Positions 44,396-53,354 of a DNA stretch of 53,354 nt are shown in pieces (positions within the stretch are counted from its first letter, which is position 1; each line of letters opens with the position of its first letter). The position numbers were made by a program, and so were the translations under genes. Source of the DNA: a virus (taxonomy: Duplodnaviria > Caudoviricetes); the IMG/VR virus record IMGVR_UViG_3300022752_000098, positions 1-53,354 of that record; one strand, written 5' to 3'. Below the pieces are notes generated by a model. That model was given only the letters and a program-made list of their open reading frames with translations. It did not search any database and was not told the DNA's origin.

Positions 44396-45313
44396 ATGGC
44401 CGCACCAATGCGCAGTACGGACTTTAGAAGTATCGTTGAACCTATCCTTAACGAATGCTTTGATGGAGTCTATGATCAACGTGCCGATGAATGGTCTCGT
44501 GTTTTCACGGAACAAGACGGCATTCCACGTAACTACCACGAAGAACCCGTCTTGTACGGTTTCGGCGCGGCACCTCAGTTGCCTGACGGCACACCAGTGT
44601 CGTACCAACAGGGTGGTGTTCTGTTCTTGAAACGCTATGTGTACTCTGTGTACGGCTTGGCATTTGCTTTGACCAAAGTTTTGGTTGAAGACGGTGACCA
44701 CATCCGTATCGGTCAGGTGTACGCACGTCACTTGGCTCAGTCATTGATTGAGACTAAAGAGACTTTGTCTGCTAACGTGCTGAACAACGCCTTCACTGGC
44801 GGTGCTACAGCAGGTGGCGATGGCGTGTCATTGATCAACACATCGCACCCTATCGTCAGTGGTACATTCAGCAACCAATTGGCTACAGCCGCTAATCTGT
44901 CACAGACATCGCTTGAGCAGATGTTGATCCAGATTCGTCAAGCTGTGGACAACAACGGTAAGAAGATTCGTTTGGTTCCACGTCAACTCGTCGTGGCTCC
45001 CGGCAACGTCTTCCAAGCTGAAGTTCTACTGAAATCAGTCTTGCGCGCAGGCAATGCAAACAACGACATCAATCCTGTCAAGTCCATCGGTCTGTTGGAC
45101 GAAGGCGCGGCTGTGTTGTCACGTTTGACTAACGCCTCAGCGTTCTTCGTACAAACCGACGCGCCTGAAGGCATGAAGATGATGATGCGTCGCAAGCTCG
45201 AGAAGACCATGGAAGGCGACTTCGAAACTGACTCTATGCGCTACAAAGCGACAGAGCGTTACGACGTGGGCTTCACTGATCCTCGTGCGATGTACGGCAC
45301 TCCCGGCGTCTAA
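44396..45313 (+). CDS. Major capsid protein
   Basis: 305 aa; LIETKE..ANVLNNAF...GDG.SL...HP; PRQLVVAP; YKATERY..GFTDPR; followed by a terminator. Confidence 0.88.
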   Translation: MAAPMRSTDFRSIVEPILNECFDGVYDQRADEWSRVFTEQDGIPRNYHEEPVLYGFGAAPQLPDGTPVSYQQGGVLFLKRYVYSVYGLAFALTKVLVEDGDHIRIGQVYARHLAQSLIETKETLSANVLNNAFTGGATAGGDGVSLINTSHPIVSGTFSNQLATAANLSQTSLEQMLIQIRQAVDNNGKKIRLVPRQLVVAPGNVFQAEVLLKSVLRAGNANNDINPVKSIGLLDEGAAVLSRLTNASAFFVQTDAPEGMKMMMRRKLEKTMEGDFETDSMRYKATERYDVGFTDPRAMYGTPGV

Positions 45314-45320
45314 AGCCAAC

Positions 45321-45353
45321 AGGGGCTGGCATAAAACCTAGCCCCTTATTTTT
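45321..45353 (+). terminator. Rho-independent terminator after MCP
   Basis: AGGGGCTGG-8 nt-CTAGCCCCT then TATTTTT. Confidence 0.8.
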
Positions 45354-45385
45354 AATTTTTGGTCAAACTTTTCAAGGAGCAGACC

Positions 45386-46633
45386 ATGCCTCAATTTTCA
45401 GATGATCTTTTTCTAGGCCCAGCCGAGACCTACATTGGTACGGGCTTGCGCAATTACTCTACTACCGCAATCGGTGGTACTGGTAGCGTTTCTTCTACAA
45501 CACTGACAATCACTTCTGTGGGCTTTGGCGCTCCAATCGTGGTTGGTATGTTTGTTGATGGCGCTGGCGTAACTGACGGTACTTTTATCACTGCCTTTGG
45601 CACTGGTACTGGTGGTGCTGGTACTTACACCCTTAATCAAGCAATCAACATAGCAAACACTGTTGCGTTGACTTTGCATGATTTAGAGGCTTTTGACAAT
45701 CCATCTCCAATGAGCCTTGGTGTTGGCCCTCTGGGTCGCATCTACGTTTGGGATGTGGTTCCTCAAGCCGCTGTTGCAAACAATATTGCCACTGCACAAA
45801 CTCCCACAACCGCTGGTTCTTTAACCTTAACGGCTGGAACCAGTGTGAAGTCGGTCACCACAACCGCTGGCAGTTCAGCCTTTTCGCTTGATGTGCCTCG
45901 CGGTGTTAGCGTGACAACTGCAACCGCCGCTGTTGCGACATTGTCAAGCGTTGTGATTGCTAACACATCTGGTGGTATTACCTTCACCTCGCAAGCAGGT
46001 TTGGTAACTGGTCAGCGTTTGACTATCTCTGGCACTTTAGGTGGCACAGGTACTATCACAGGCTACACCAACCCAACGACCTACATCCTGACTGCTGTGA
46101 CATCAACTTCTGCGACTCTGACCACAACGGCAGGCGCGGCAGTTGTAACTACCGCAGGTACACCAACAGGTTTGACTTACACCTTGGGCGTTGCTCCAGT
46201 GACTGTTACAGTCTCCGGTTTTGACGTCTACGGTCAAGCGATGAGCGAAGCAATCACTTCTAGCGCCGCTGTAAGCACTGCTGTAAGTGGTTTAAAAGCC
46301 TTCTACCTCATTACTTCTGTAACTGTAAGTGGCGCTACTGGTACTGCTTTGACTGTTGGTACAACCAACGTGTTGGGTTGCCCAGTTCGCGTTCCTAACA
46401 TTGCTTATGTAGCAAGCGTTAAGAGCAACAATGTTTTGGCGCAAGATGGCGGTACTTTTACTGCCGCTGACACTGCAACTGCTACGACCACCACTGGTGA
46501 TGTTCGCGGTACATACACCCCTGCTACTGCCTCGAACGGTATCGTTCGCACAGTGGTAGGAATCTTGTTGCCAGCAATCGCTGTCGGCCCTAACGCAACT
46601 CGCGTTGGCGCTCTCGGTGTAACTCAAGCCTAA
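45386..46633 (+). CDS. Virion structural protein (head fibre/decoration) with inserted beta domains
   Basis: AAGGAG RBS before MPQFSDDL; T/G/A-rich; ATTTTGDVRGTY. Confidence 0.6.
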   Translation: MPQFSDDLFLGPAETYIGTGLRNYSTTAIGGTGSVSSTTLTITSVGFGAPIVVGMFVDGAGVTDGTFITAFGTGTGGAGTYTLNQAINIANTVALTLHDLEAFDNPSPMSLGVGPLGRIYVWDVVPQAAVANNIATAQTPTTAGSLTLTAGTSVKSVTTTAGSSAFSLDVPRGVSVTTATAAVATLSSVVIANTSGGITFTSQAGLVTGQRLTISGTLGGTGTITGYTNPTTYILTAVTSTSATLTTTAGAAVVTTAGTPTGLTYTLGVAPVTVTVSGFDVYGQAMSEAITSSAAVSTAVSGLKAFYLITSVTVSGATGTALTVGTTNVLGCPVRVPNIAYVASVKSNNVLAQDGGTFTAADTATATTTTGDVRGTYTPATASNGIVRTVVGILLPAIAVGPNATRVGALGVTQA

Positions 46634-46645
46634 TAGGAGAGCGAC

Positions 46646-47731
46646 ATGGGACAATTTAAACCAATGGTCAAAATGATGACCACTGAGCCAACAGTTGAGT
46701 TAAAGCTCAAAAAAGGCGGATCCGTGAAGAAGGCTATGGGCGGCATGATGGGTGCGCCCATGGATGCTCCTATGGCATCTTCAATGCCTGCTCGCGGTGG
46801 CATGATGCCCGTTGCTCGTCCTAAGCGTCCTTCTATGGCGGCACGTCGTGCGGCTATGATGGGCATGAAGGAAGGTGGCGAGTCTAAAGGTATGCACAAA
46901 GCTGAGATGACGAAGATGAAGGGTCTTGAAAAAGAGCTGAAGTCTCACGAGTCTAAGCCAGCTAGCAAGGGCCATAAAGGTCTGAAGTCTGGTGGTATGG
47001 CTTGCGCTACTGGTGGCGTTTTGAAGTCAACGAAGCCCGGGAACTACGCCACAGGTGGTGTAGTTAACGGTCAAGGCGGCTACAAAAAGGGCGGCAAGGT
47101 CAAGATGGCGGCTGGTGGCGTTCCAAAGAGCGGCATCATCAACACCGAAGGCCAAGGCGGCGAGTATCGCGACACCAAGATGCACACAGCTACACCTGAC
47201 AACAACTCAGCCCCAACAGGCGAAGTGAAGATGGGTAACGCTGGTGGTTACAAAAAAGGCGGTGCAACAAAAAAGCATTACGCTACGGGGGGAGCTGTTA
47301 ACGACAGCGGCCGCGCCGTAGCATATCCTGCTAAGAAACCATCCGCTCCTGTCAGCAATGATCGTCAATCAGGCGCCTTTAAAAAGGGTGGCAGTGTAAC
47401 CCCAGCCCAGAAGAAAGAGCAATCTGCCTTCAAAGCTGAGGGCGCAACAGCAATGAAGCAAGCGAAAGCCCAGAGCAACCTGAAGTATCAATCTGGCGGT
47501 GCGGCTAAATTAACTGACGCATCAAAAGGCGCTTACGACAAATCAATCGGCCCATCTGAGGAAGATATGGACATGGCTAAAGCCATCCGTAGCATCCCTA
47601 GCAAGCTGTATGAGGGTGCGAAGAGCCTGTTTACTAGCAAGGACGACAAACCTTCTGGTTCTGTCACCAAGACTGAGAAGTCCGTGACAGTGTCCCCACC
47701 TAAGAAACGTGGTGGTGCAGTTAAGTGCTGA
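46646..47731 (+). CDS. Basic K/G/M-rich protein built from 13 xx(x)GG-delimited segments
   Basis: LKKGG, KAMGG, MKEGG, LKSGG, CATGG, YATGG x2, YKKGG x2, MAAGG, FKKGG, YQSGG, KKRGG. Confidence 0.7.
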   Translation: MGQFKPMVKMMTTEPTVELKLKKGGSVKKAMGGMMGAPMDAPMASSMPARGGMMPVARPKRPSMAARRAAMMGMKEGGESKGMHKAEMTKMKGLEKELKSHESKPASKGHKGLKSGGMACATGGVLKSTKPGNYATGGVVNGQGGYKKGGKVKMAAGGVPKSGIINTEGQGGEYRDTKMHTATPDNNSAPTGEVKMGNAGGYKKGGATKKHYATGGAVNDSGRAVAYPAKKPSAPVSNDRQSGAFKKGGSVTPAQKKEQSAFKAEGATAMKQAKAQSNLKYQSGGAAKLTDASKGAYDKSIGPSEEDMDMAKAIRSIPSKLYEGAKSLFTSKDDKPSGSVTKTEKSVTVSPPKKRGGAVKC

Positions 47732-47736
47732 ACCTA

Positions 47737-47764
47737 AGTAGGGGGCTTCGGCTCCCTGCTTTTT
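47737..47764 (+). terminator. Rho-independent terminator with cUUCGg loop
   Basis: AGTAGGGGGC-TTCG-GCTCCCTGCT-TTTT. Confidence 0.85.
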
Positions 47765-47779
47765 ATTGGAGAATGAATA

Positions 47780-48184
47780 ATGGCTGATGCAGTTACAAGT
47801 CAAACGCTCTTAGATGGTGAGCGTCTTGCAATCATGAAATTTACAAACATCAGTGATGGCACTGGTGAGACAGCAGTTACCAAAGTGAACGTAGCTAACC
47901 TTACCGCTAGCGCATCAGGTAAACCTTGCACTGGCGTGACTGTTAACAAAATTACTTCTGTTTGCCACGGCTTAGAAGTTCGCATGTACTGGGATGCAAC
48001 AACTGACGTTCCTTTTTTCCTGTCAACCATCAACACCAATTACGAAAACGATTTTTCAAGATTTGGTGGCATTACAAATAATGCTGGAACGGGTAAGAAT
48101 GGAAACATTGTGTTTAGCACATCAGATGCAAGTTCTGGTGATACATACACAGTTGTCCTTGAGATGGTTAAGTCTTACGCCTGA
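47780..48184 (+). CDS. Virion structural protein
   Basis: MADAVTSQT..DG.R..IMKFTNISDGTGE; GGAG RBS. Confidence 0.65.
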   Translation: MADAVTSQTLLDGERLAIMKFTNISDGTGETAVTKVNVANLTASASGKPCTGVTVNKITSVCHGLEVRMYWDATTDVPFFLSTINTNYENDFSRFGGITNNAGTGKNGNIVFSTSDASSGDTYTVVLEMVKSYA

Positions 48185-48186
48185 TC

Positions 48187-48702
48187 ATGCCAAGCAAATC
48201 ACCTGCCCAACATCGTTTGATGGAAGCCGCCGCCCATACCAAGGGTGGCTTTGGTGGTGTCCCCCAAAAGGTCGGCAAAGAGTTTGCCAAGGCCGACAAG
48301 GGTAAACAATTTAAGGAAGGTGGCTTGTATGCCAATATCCATGCAAAACAGCAAAGAATTTCTGAAGGCTCTGGTGAAAAAATGCGTAAGCCCGGTAGCA
48401 AAGGTGCTCCAACGGCTAAAGCTTTTAAAGAGTCAGCCAAAACAGCCCGAATGAAAGACGGTGGCCCAAGTTTGGCCATTGGTCGCGGTGAGAAGCTTCC
48501 TGCCAAACAGGGCGCTGGCTTGACCGCCAAAGGTCGCGAAAAGTACAACCGCGAAACAGGGTCACATTTAAAAGCTCCACAACCCCAAGGCGGCCCTCGC
48601 AGGGACTCGTTTTGCGCGAGAATGGGGCCAGTAGCAGAAAAGAGCGAAAAGGGCAGTAGAGCGCGTGCATCGATGCAACGCTGGAATTGCCCCGGCTGGT
48701 AA
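48187..48702 (+). CDS. Basic three-module protein (C-terminal RDSFCARM..RWNC domain)
   Basis: Segments separated by FKEGG (48310-48324) and MKDGG (48451-48465). Confidence 0.65.
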   Translation: MPSKSPAQHRLMEAAAHTKGGFGGVPQKVGKEFAKADKGKQFKEGGLYANIHAKQQRISEGSGEKMRKPGSKGAPTAKAFKESAKTARMKDGGPSLAIGRGEKLPAKQGAGLTAKGREKYNRETGSHLKAPQPQGGPRRDSFCARMGPVAEKSEKGSRARASMQRWNCPGW

Positions 48703-48711
48703 GGAACACAA

Positions 48712-49782
48712 ATGGCGTACTCAGACACATACGGTCAAACAGTCAATGTCCAAACCCTGATTGATCATGGTGCGAGGCGTGCCGGCAAACTTGCCGAAGA
48801 GCTGACCTCTGAGCAGTTAGTTTCAGCTCGTCAGTCTTTGAGCTTCTTGCTTCAGAACCTGATCAACATCGGCATCCAGTATTTCGCCATCGATAAGATC
48901 GTTTTGGGCGTTTCTGCGAACAATTACATATACAGCCTGCCCGTAGGTGCAAACGACGCTCTAAACGTGCTCTATCGCAAGATGAGCCGCCCTTCTTGTA
49001 GCTACAGTTCTTCTGCTGGTGGTACGGTTTCCAATGTTGGTGACAACAACGTAGACACCTATTGCCAACAAACCAGTGCAAACGGCAATATTTCAGCCAA
49101 TTTTGGGACAAACAACCCAATTTATGCTGGCTCAATCGGCATCTTGCCCTACGTTTCAGGCGGCGGTAGCGCAACTTGGACGCTGACACTGGAATATTCG
49201 ACCGATAACAGCACTTGGACGACGCTTGACAGCCTTGGAACCGTGACTGTGACCGACAACCAGTGGATCTGGACGGATATTAACCCCGGTCAGTCCGTCC
49301 AGTACTACCGCGTACGTGCTTCTAACGGTACGACGCTGGCTTTGCGTGAGTTTTACGTCGGAAACAACTCAACCGAGATCACAATGTCTCGTTTGAACCG
49401 CGACGACTACACAAACCTGCCAAACAAGAACTTTACGGCCAACCAACCGTTTCAATTTTGGTTTGATCGTACGATTCCTCAGCCCACTTTGTACTTGTGG
49501 CCAGTCCCCAGTGATCCATTTGTCCAAATTACCGTCTGGTACAGCAAGCAGATCATGGACGTTGGTTCTTTGACAGACGAGCTGTACATTCCGACCCGTT
49601 GGTATGAAGCAACATTGATGATGCTGGCTCACCGCATGAGCCTAGAGCTCCCCGGTGTTGACATGGCGCGTGTCCAGTACCTTGAGGGTCAAGCTGAGAA
49701 GTATCTGAACATGGTTGAGCAGGAAGAGCGCGACAAGTCGCCGATCTACTTTGCCCCAAACATAGGAGTTTACACACGATGA
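48712..49782 (+). CDS. Head-tail connector/adaptor with inserted discoidin-like beta-sandwich
   Basis: ARQSL.FLL..L.N.G; LEYSTDNSTWT..YYRVR insert; LPNK...QP.QFWFDR...LWPVP. Confidence 0.6.
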   Translation: MAYSDTYGQTVNVQTLIDHGARRAGKLAEELTSEQLVSARQSLSFLLQNLINIGIQYFAIDKIVLGVSANNYIYSLPVGANDALNVLYRKMSRPSCSYSSSAGGTVSNVGDNNVDTYCQQTSANGNISANFGTNNPIYAGSIGILPYVSGGGSATWTLTLEYSTDNSTWTTLDSLGTVTVTDNQWIWTDINPGQSVQYYRVRASNGTTLALREFYVGNNSTEITMSRLNRDDYTNLPNKNFTANQPFQFWFDRTIPQPTLYLWPVPSDPFVQITVWYSKQIMDVGSLTDELYIPTRWYEATLMMLAHRMSLELPGVDMARVQYLEGQAEKYLNMVEQEERDKSPIYFAPNIGVYTR

Positions 49783-50294
49783 CCGTTTGCTCCGTCTATT
49801 GGATTCGCGCACCGCACCACAGTGACATGTTCACTGAGGGTTATGTCGGCGTGTCCAAAGATGCAGACAAGCGCTGGAACTACGGTCACAAGTGGGCTCA
49901 TAAGAACAAGCGTCATGACAACGCGATTTTGTCAAATGCAATCAACAAATACGGTTGGGATACCCTGATCAAAGAAGTTGTGCTGGTCGCAGGCTCTGAA
50001 TACTGCTACGACATTGAAAGCAAGCTTCGTTCTGAAGAGTTAATTGGCTGGAACATTGCTGTTGGCGGATTTAAGCCACCAGTTACAAAGCCACGTGGCG
50101 AAGACTATGTCAGCCCATTGAAAGGCGTTTCACGTCCAACACCGTGGCTCGTCGGCAAAACAAAGCCCATGCCCGAAAACTTCTTCAGCAAAGGCGGAAA
50201 AGCTGGCAAAGGCCGTAAGCAGACACCTGAGCAGATTGCCAAACGTGTTGCCTCTCGCCGTGCTACTCTTGCCGCGCAAGGGAGAACTCACTAA
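49779..50294 (+). mobile_element. Free-standing GIY-YIG-like homing endonuclease
   Basis: SVYWI...GYVGVS...R; AINKYG; GWNIAVGG; GRKQTPEQIAKR tail; ATGA and TAATG coupling. Confidence 0.7.
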
Positions 50295-50641
50295 TGCCTA
50301 TCTTTCTAGACACCCGTGGAAATGCTACTTTATCGATAGCGATCTGTGATCGTTGCAAGATGAAGCGCGACCACGACCAGATGCGGCCTGACCCAAATTT
50401 CCCGGGGTTGCAAGTGTGTGGACAAGGCTGTGCAGATGAGAAAGATCCCTATAGACTTCCAGCCCGAAAAACTGAGAGAATAACGATCAGATTCCCACGT
50501 CCTGACGTGAGCGTTGCCGCCAATGACAACAACATTGTTACAACCCAAAATGGTATCACTGGTGGTAGCTTTATCATCTCGACCGAAGGTAATACTCAGA
50601 ATCCTGAGAACAACGGTAACCTTGACCAACTGAGCCCATAA
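50294..50641 (+). CDS. Hypothetical Zn-binding virion-associated protein
   Basis: ICDRC...GLQVC..GC.D..DP...PRPD. Confidence 0.65.
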   Translation: MPIFLDTRGNATLSIAICDRCKMKRDHDQMRPDPNFPGLQVCGQGCADEKDPYRLPARKTERITIRFPRPDVSVAANDNNIVTTQNGITGGSFIISTEGNTQNPENNGNLDQLSP

Positions 50642-50642
50642 T

Positions 50643-52469
50643 ATGTCCGCACAAGTAACGATCACACAATTACCTACGGCTGGCGCGATTACTGGCACGG
50701 AGCTTGTTCCGATTGTCCAAAATGGTCAGACCGTAAAGACCACGACTGCCGCACTTGCAGGCTCTCCCGTTCAAACTCAGACGTTCATTACAAAGAACCA
50801 AGAGCCAACTCTAAACAACAGTCGTGCCTTGTCCAATGGGACGGGTATAGGGCTTGTTGATGGTGGCCCCCAGTCTACCCTTCAGATTACTTTAAACGCC
50901 GCCTCTGGTAGCTTAGAAGCGGCTTCTAATGGGATGATTGCCAAGACCGCAAGCAACGCTGTTGTGGCAAGGACAATGACCTCCTCTACGGCTGGATTGT
51001 CTATCACCAATGGGGACGGGGTAGCGGGTGCGCCAGTATTTGCTTTGACTGGTGTTGCTTTGGCTGTGGCTGGGGCAACGGGTTTGGGCGCCTTGACGCT
51101 AACCAGCCCAACTACGGTTTCAACAAGACAAATTCTTGGAACAGCAGGTCAAATTAACGTTACCGATGGTAATTTCGTCAACTCGCCCGTTATTGGAATT
51201 GCAAGCGACGCGGTGTTACCCGGCACTGGCGGGGTTGTCATCCCCGTGGGAACGACTGGGCAACGCGGATCATCTACGTTAGGAAACATTCGTTACAACT
51301 CATCAACTGGCTTGTTTGAGGGATTTAACGGTGCTTGGACTTCATTTGCCTCTGGTTCTGGTGTTACATCTATTGCTACGGGTACGGGACTCACCGGAGG
51401 CCCAATCACCTCCACGGGTACTATCTCTCTTGCTGATACGGCGGTGACCCCCGGCGCCTATACCAATGCCAATATTACGGTTGATCAACAGGGTCGCATT
51501 ACTTTGGCTTCAAGTGGTGCGGCTGGAGGTGTAACAACATTTAGCGCAGGCACTACTGGGTTTACTCCTAACACTGCAACCGCTGGCGCCATCACTTTGG
51601 CGGGGACTTTGGCACTTACCAACGGCGGCTCAGGTCAAACCACAGCTCAGGCGGCAATGAACGCTTTTGCGGGTGCGGTCACAAGTGGATCGTACCTGAG
51701 AGGTAACGGAACGAATGTGGTGATGAACACCATACAAGTTGCCGATGTTCCTACGCTTAATCAAAATACGACGGGTACTGCGTCTAATGTTACAGGTACT
51801 GTGGCAATCGCAAATGGTGGCACTGGTCAGACCACAGCCTCCGCGGCATTCAATGCTCTGTCGCCTATCACCACAACTGGTGACTTGATTCTTGGCAATG
51901 GCACTAACAGCGCTACCAGATTACCGATTGGTCTAAACGGTTATCTTTTATCGTCTAATGGCACAACTGCCTCATGGCAACCAGCCCCTGCTGGTGGTGT
52001 GACGACTTTCAGCGCAGGAACCACTGGTTTGACGCCAAACACGGCGACTGGTGGTGCAATCACTTTGGCTGGCACTTTGGCAGTTGCCAATGGCGGAACA
52101 GGTCTTACTGCTGGAACTAGCGGCGGAATACTTGCTTATACGGCAACAGGAACTTTAGCGTCTTCGGCATTGTTGGCGGCAAACGCTTTAATGGTTGGTG
52201 GCGGCGCTGGAGTTGCTCCAAGCACCGCCACTACTGGTACAGGTGTTGTAACGGCTCTAGGGGTCAATACAGGCACGGCAGGGGCGTTTGTAGTCAATGG
52301 CGGCGCATTAGGTACACCATCAAGCGGTACGGTAACTAACCTAACAGGTACGGCATCGATTAACATCAACGGAACTGTTGGTGCTACAACCACAAACACG
52401 GGCGCGTTTACTACTGTAGCCGCAACGACAGTAACTGCAACAACTGGCATCTTCGGAGGAACTTTCTAA
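50643..52469 (+). CDS. Tail fibre protein
   Basis: ITQLP.A....G.E.VPIVQ.G.T N-terminus; multiple GTL..ANGGTG repeats; ends GGTF. Confidence 0.8.
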   Translation: MSAQVTITQLPTAGAITGTELVPIVQNGQTVKTTTAALAGSPVQTQTFITKNQEPTLNNSRALSNGTGIGLVDGGPQSTLQITLNAASGSLEAASNGMIAKTASNAVVARTMTSSTAGLSITNGDGVAGAPVFALTGVALAVAGATGLGALTLTSPTTVSTRQILGTAGQINVTDGNFVNSPVIGIASDAVLPGTGGVVIPVGTTGQRGSSTLGNIRYNSSTGLFEGFNGAWTSFASGSGVTSIATGTGLTGGPITSTGTISLADTAVTPGAYTNANITVDQQGRITLASSGAAGGVTTFSAGTTGFTPNTATAGAITLAGTLALTNGGSGQTTAQAAMNAFAGAVTSGSYLRGNGTNVVMNTIQVADVPTLNQNTTGTASNVTGTVAIANGGTGQTTASAAFNALSPITTTGDLILGNGTNSATRLPIGLNGYLLSSNGTTASWQPAPAGGVTTFSAGTTGLTPNTATGGAITLAGTLAVANGGTGLTAGTSGGILAYTATGTLASSALLAANALMVGGGAGVAPSTATTGTGVVTALGVNTGTAGAFVVNGGALGTPSSGTVTNLTGTASININGTVGATTTNTGAFTTVAATTVTATTGIFGGTF

Positions 52470-53354
52470 TGTCTCAAGCAGGTTATACCCCAATATCGCT
52501 GTACTACAGCACGACGGCTTCCGCTGTCCCAAGTTCTGGCAACTTGGTTGCTGGCGAACTTGCGCTCAACACGTTAGACGAAAAACTGTATTTTAAAAAC
52601 AGCGCAGGCACTGTCAAACTGCTTGCAAGTAATGCAGGCTCATCGGCAACAGTCTCAAGCGTTGCTGTTTCTGGTGGTACGACTGGATTGACCACGTCGG
52701 GAGGCCCGATCACGACGTCTGGCACAATTACGCTGGCAGGAACATTAGCGATTGCTAACGGCGGTACAGGACAAACAACAGCGTCTGCCGCATTTAATGC
52801 TTTGTCTCCAATCACAACTACTGGTGACTTGATTCTTGGAAATGGTACAAACAGCGCCACGCGCCTTGCAATTGGTGCAAATGGTTATGTTTTAACTTCT
52901 AACGGTACAACAGCATCATGGTCTGCGGGAGGCACGGTAACAGCGGTATCAGTTGCATCTGCTAACGGCTTTGCAGGAACAAGTTCTGGTGGTGCAACTC
53001 CAGCCTTGACGTTGTCAACAAGCATTACTGGCGTTTTGAAAGGTAACGGAACCGCTTTATCTGCGGCAACTGCTGGTACGGACTATGTAGCGCCCGCTAC
53101 AGCAACAACCTTTACAGCAACACAAACATTTAGTGGATCAACAAGCGTATTTGGTGCTTCACTTCTAGATGCTAACGAAACAGTCAACGTGGTGGGTTCT
53201 GCGCCCTCTAGCACGACCAATCTATATGTCCAGTCTGGCTCTGTTCAATACTACACAAGCAATGCCGCTAACAACTTTGTTGTGAACTTGGCGTTTTCTA
53301 GCGGTACTTCCATGAACACCGCCTTGTCAACAAACCAATCTGTTACTGCGGCTT
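52469..53354 (+). CDS. Tail fibre protein, 3'-truncated (not in the ORF track)
   Basis: TAATG overlap; MSQAGYTPISLYYS..P..GNL..GELALN..D.KLYFK; ANGGTG repeats; open to the window end. Confidence 0.8.
   Translation, partial: MSQAGYTPISLYYSTTASAVPSSGNLVAGELALNTLDEKLYFKNSAGTVKLLASNAGSSATVSSVAVSGGTTGLTTSGGPITTSGTITLAGTLAIANGGTGQTTASAAFNALSPITTTGDLILGNGTNSATRLAIGANGYVLTSNGTTASWSAGGTVTAVSVASANGFAGTSSGGATPALTLSTSITGVLKGNGTALSAATAGTDYVAPATATTFTATQTFSGSTSVFGASLLDANETVNVVGSAPSSTTNLYVQSGSVQYYTSNAANNFVVNLAFSSGTSMNTALSTNQSVTAA

Noticed and set aside
1-53354. Stop-codon reassignment
   Set aside because: Code 11 gives dense, intact genes ending in TAA, TGA and TAG

Overview
The window is most of the genome of a ~53+ kb tailed dsDNA phage with a podovirus-like layout; both ends break inside tail-fibre genes. 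On the + strand: tail fibres and assembly chaperone, lysis cassette (holin candidates, GH24 endolysin), tail adaptor/nozzle, and four probable ejection proteins including an SLT transglycosylase (1-18.2 kb). A leftward early recombination operon follows (PD-(D/E)XK exonuclease, HNH, SSB-like; 18.2-22.8 kb), then a divergent control region, a Cro-like HTH, a YdaU/DUF1376-type replication initiator and RusA/Ref-like nucleases. After these come a metallopeptidase-metallophosphoesterase cassette, two glycosyltransferases flanking terS/terL, two polyvalent-type proteins, portal, GroES-like co-chaperonin, scaffold, major capsid protein and head/tail genes. I recognised no integrase, CI repressor, DNA polymerase, reverse transcriptase, tRNA or CRISPR array. 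A freshwater betaproteobacterial host is plausible from gene content but is only an inference. The most notable observations are: (1) a [hydrophobic/K]-[A/K/Q]-x-G-G motif repeated more than 20 times across seven late proteins, at apparent module junctions, suggesting a polyprotein-processing or virion-sorting system; (2) a ~380-nt array of structured RNA cassettes with identical flanking stems and different inserts in the cro leader; (3) a TTAAC-N5-GTTAA operator at four promoters; (4) a hairpin-occluded HNH gene with an apparent internal promoter; (5) a 41x TSTG repeat alongside two phage glycosyltransferases. All annotations come from reading motifs by eye; no searches were run.
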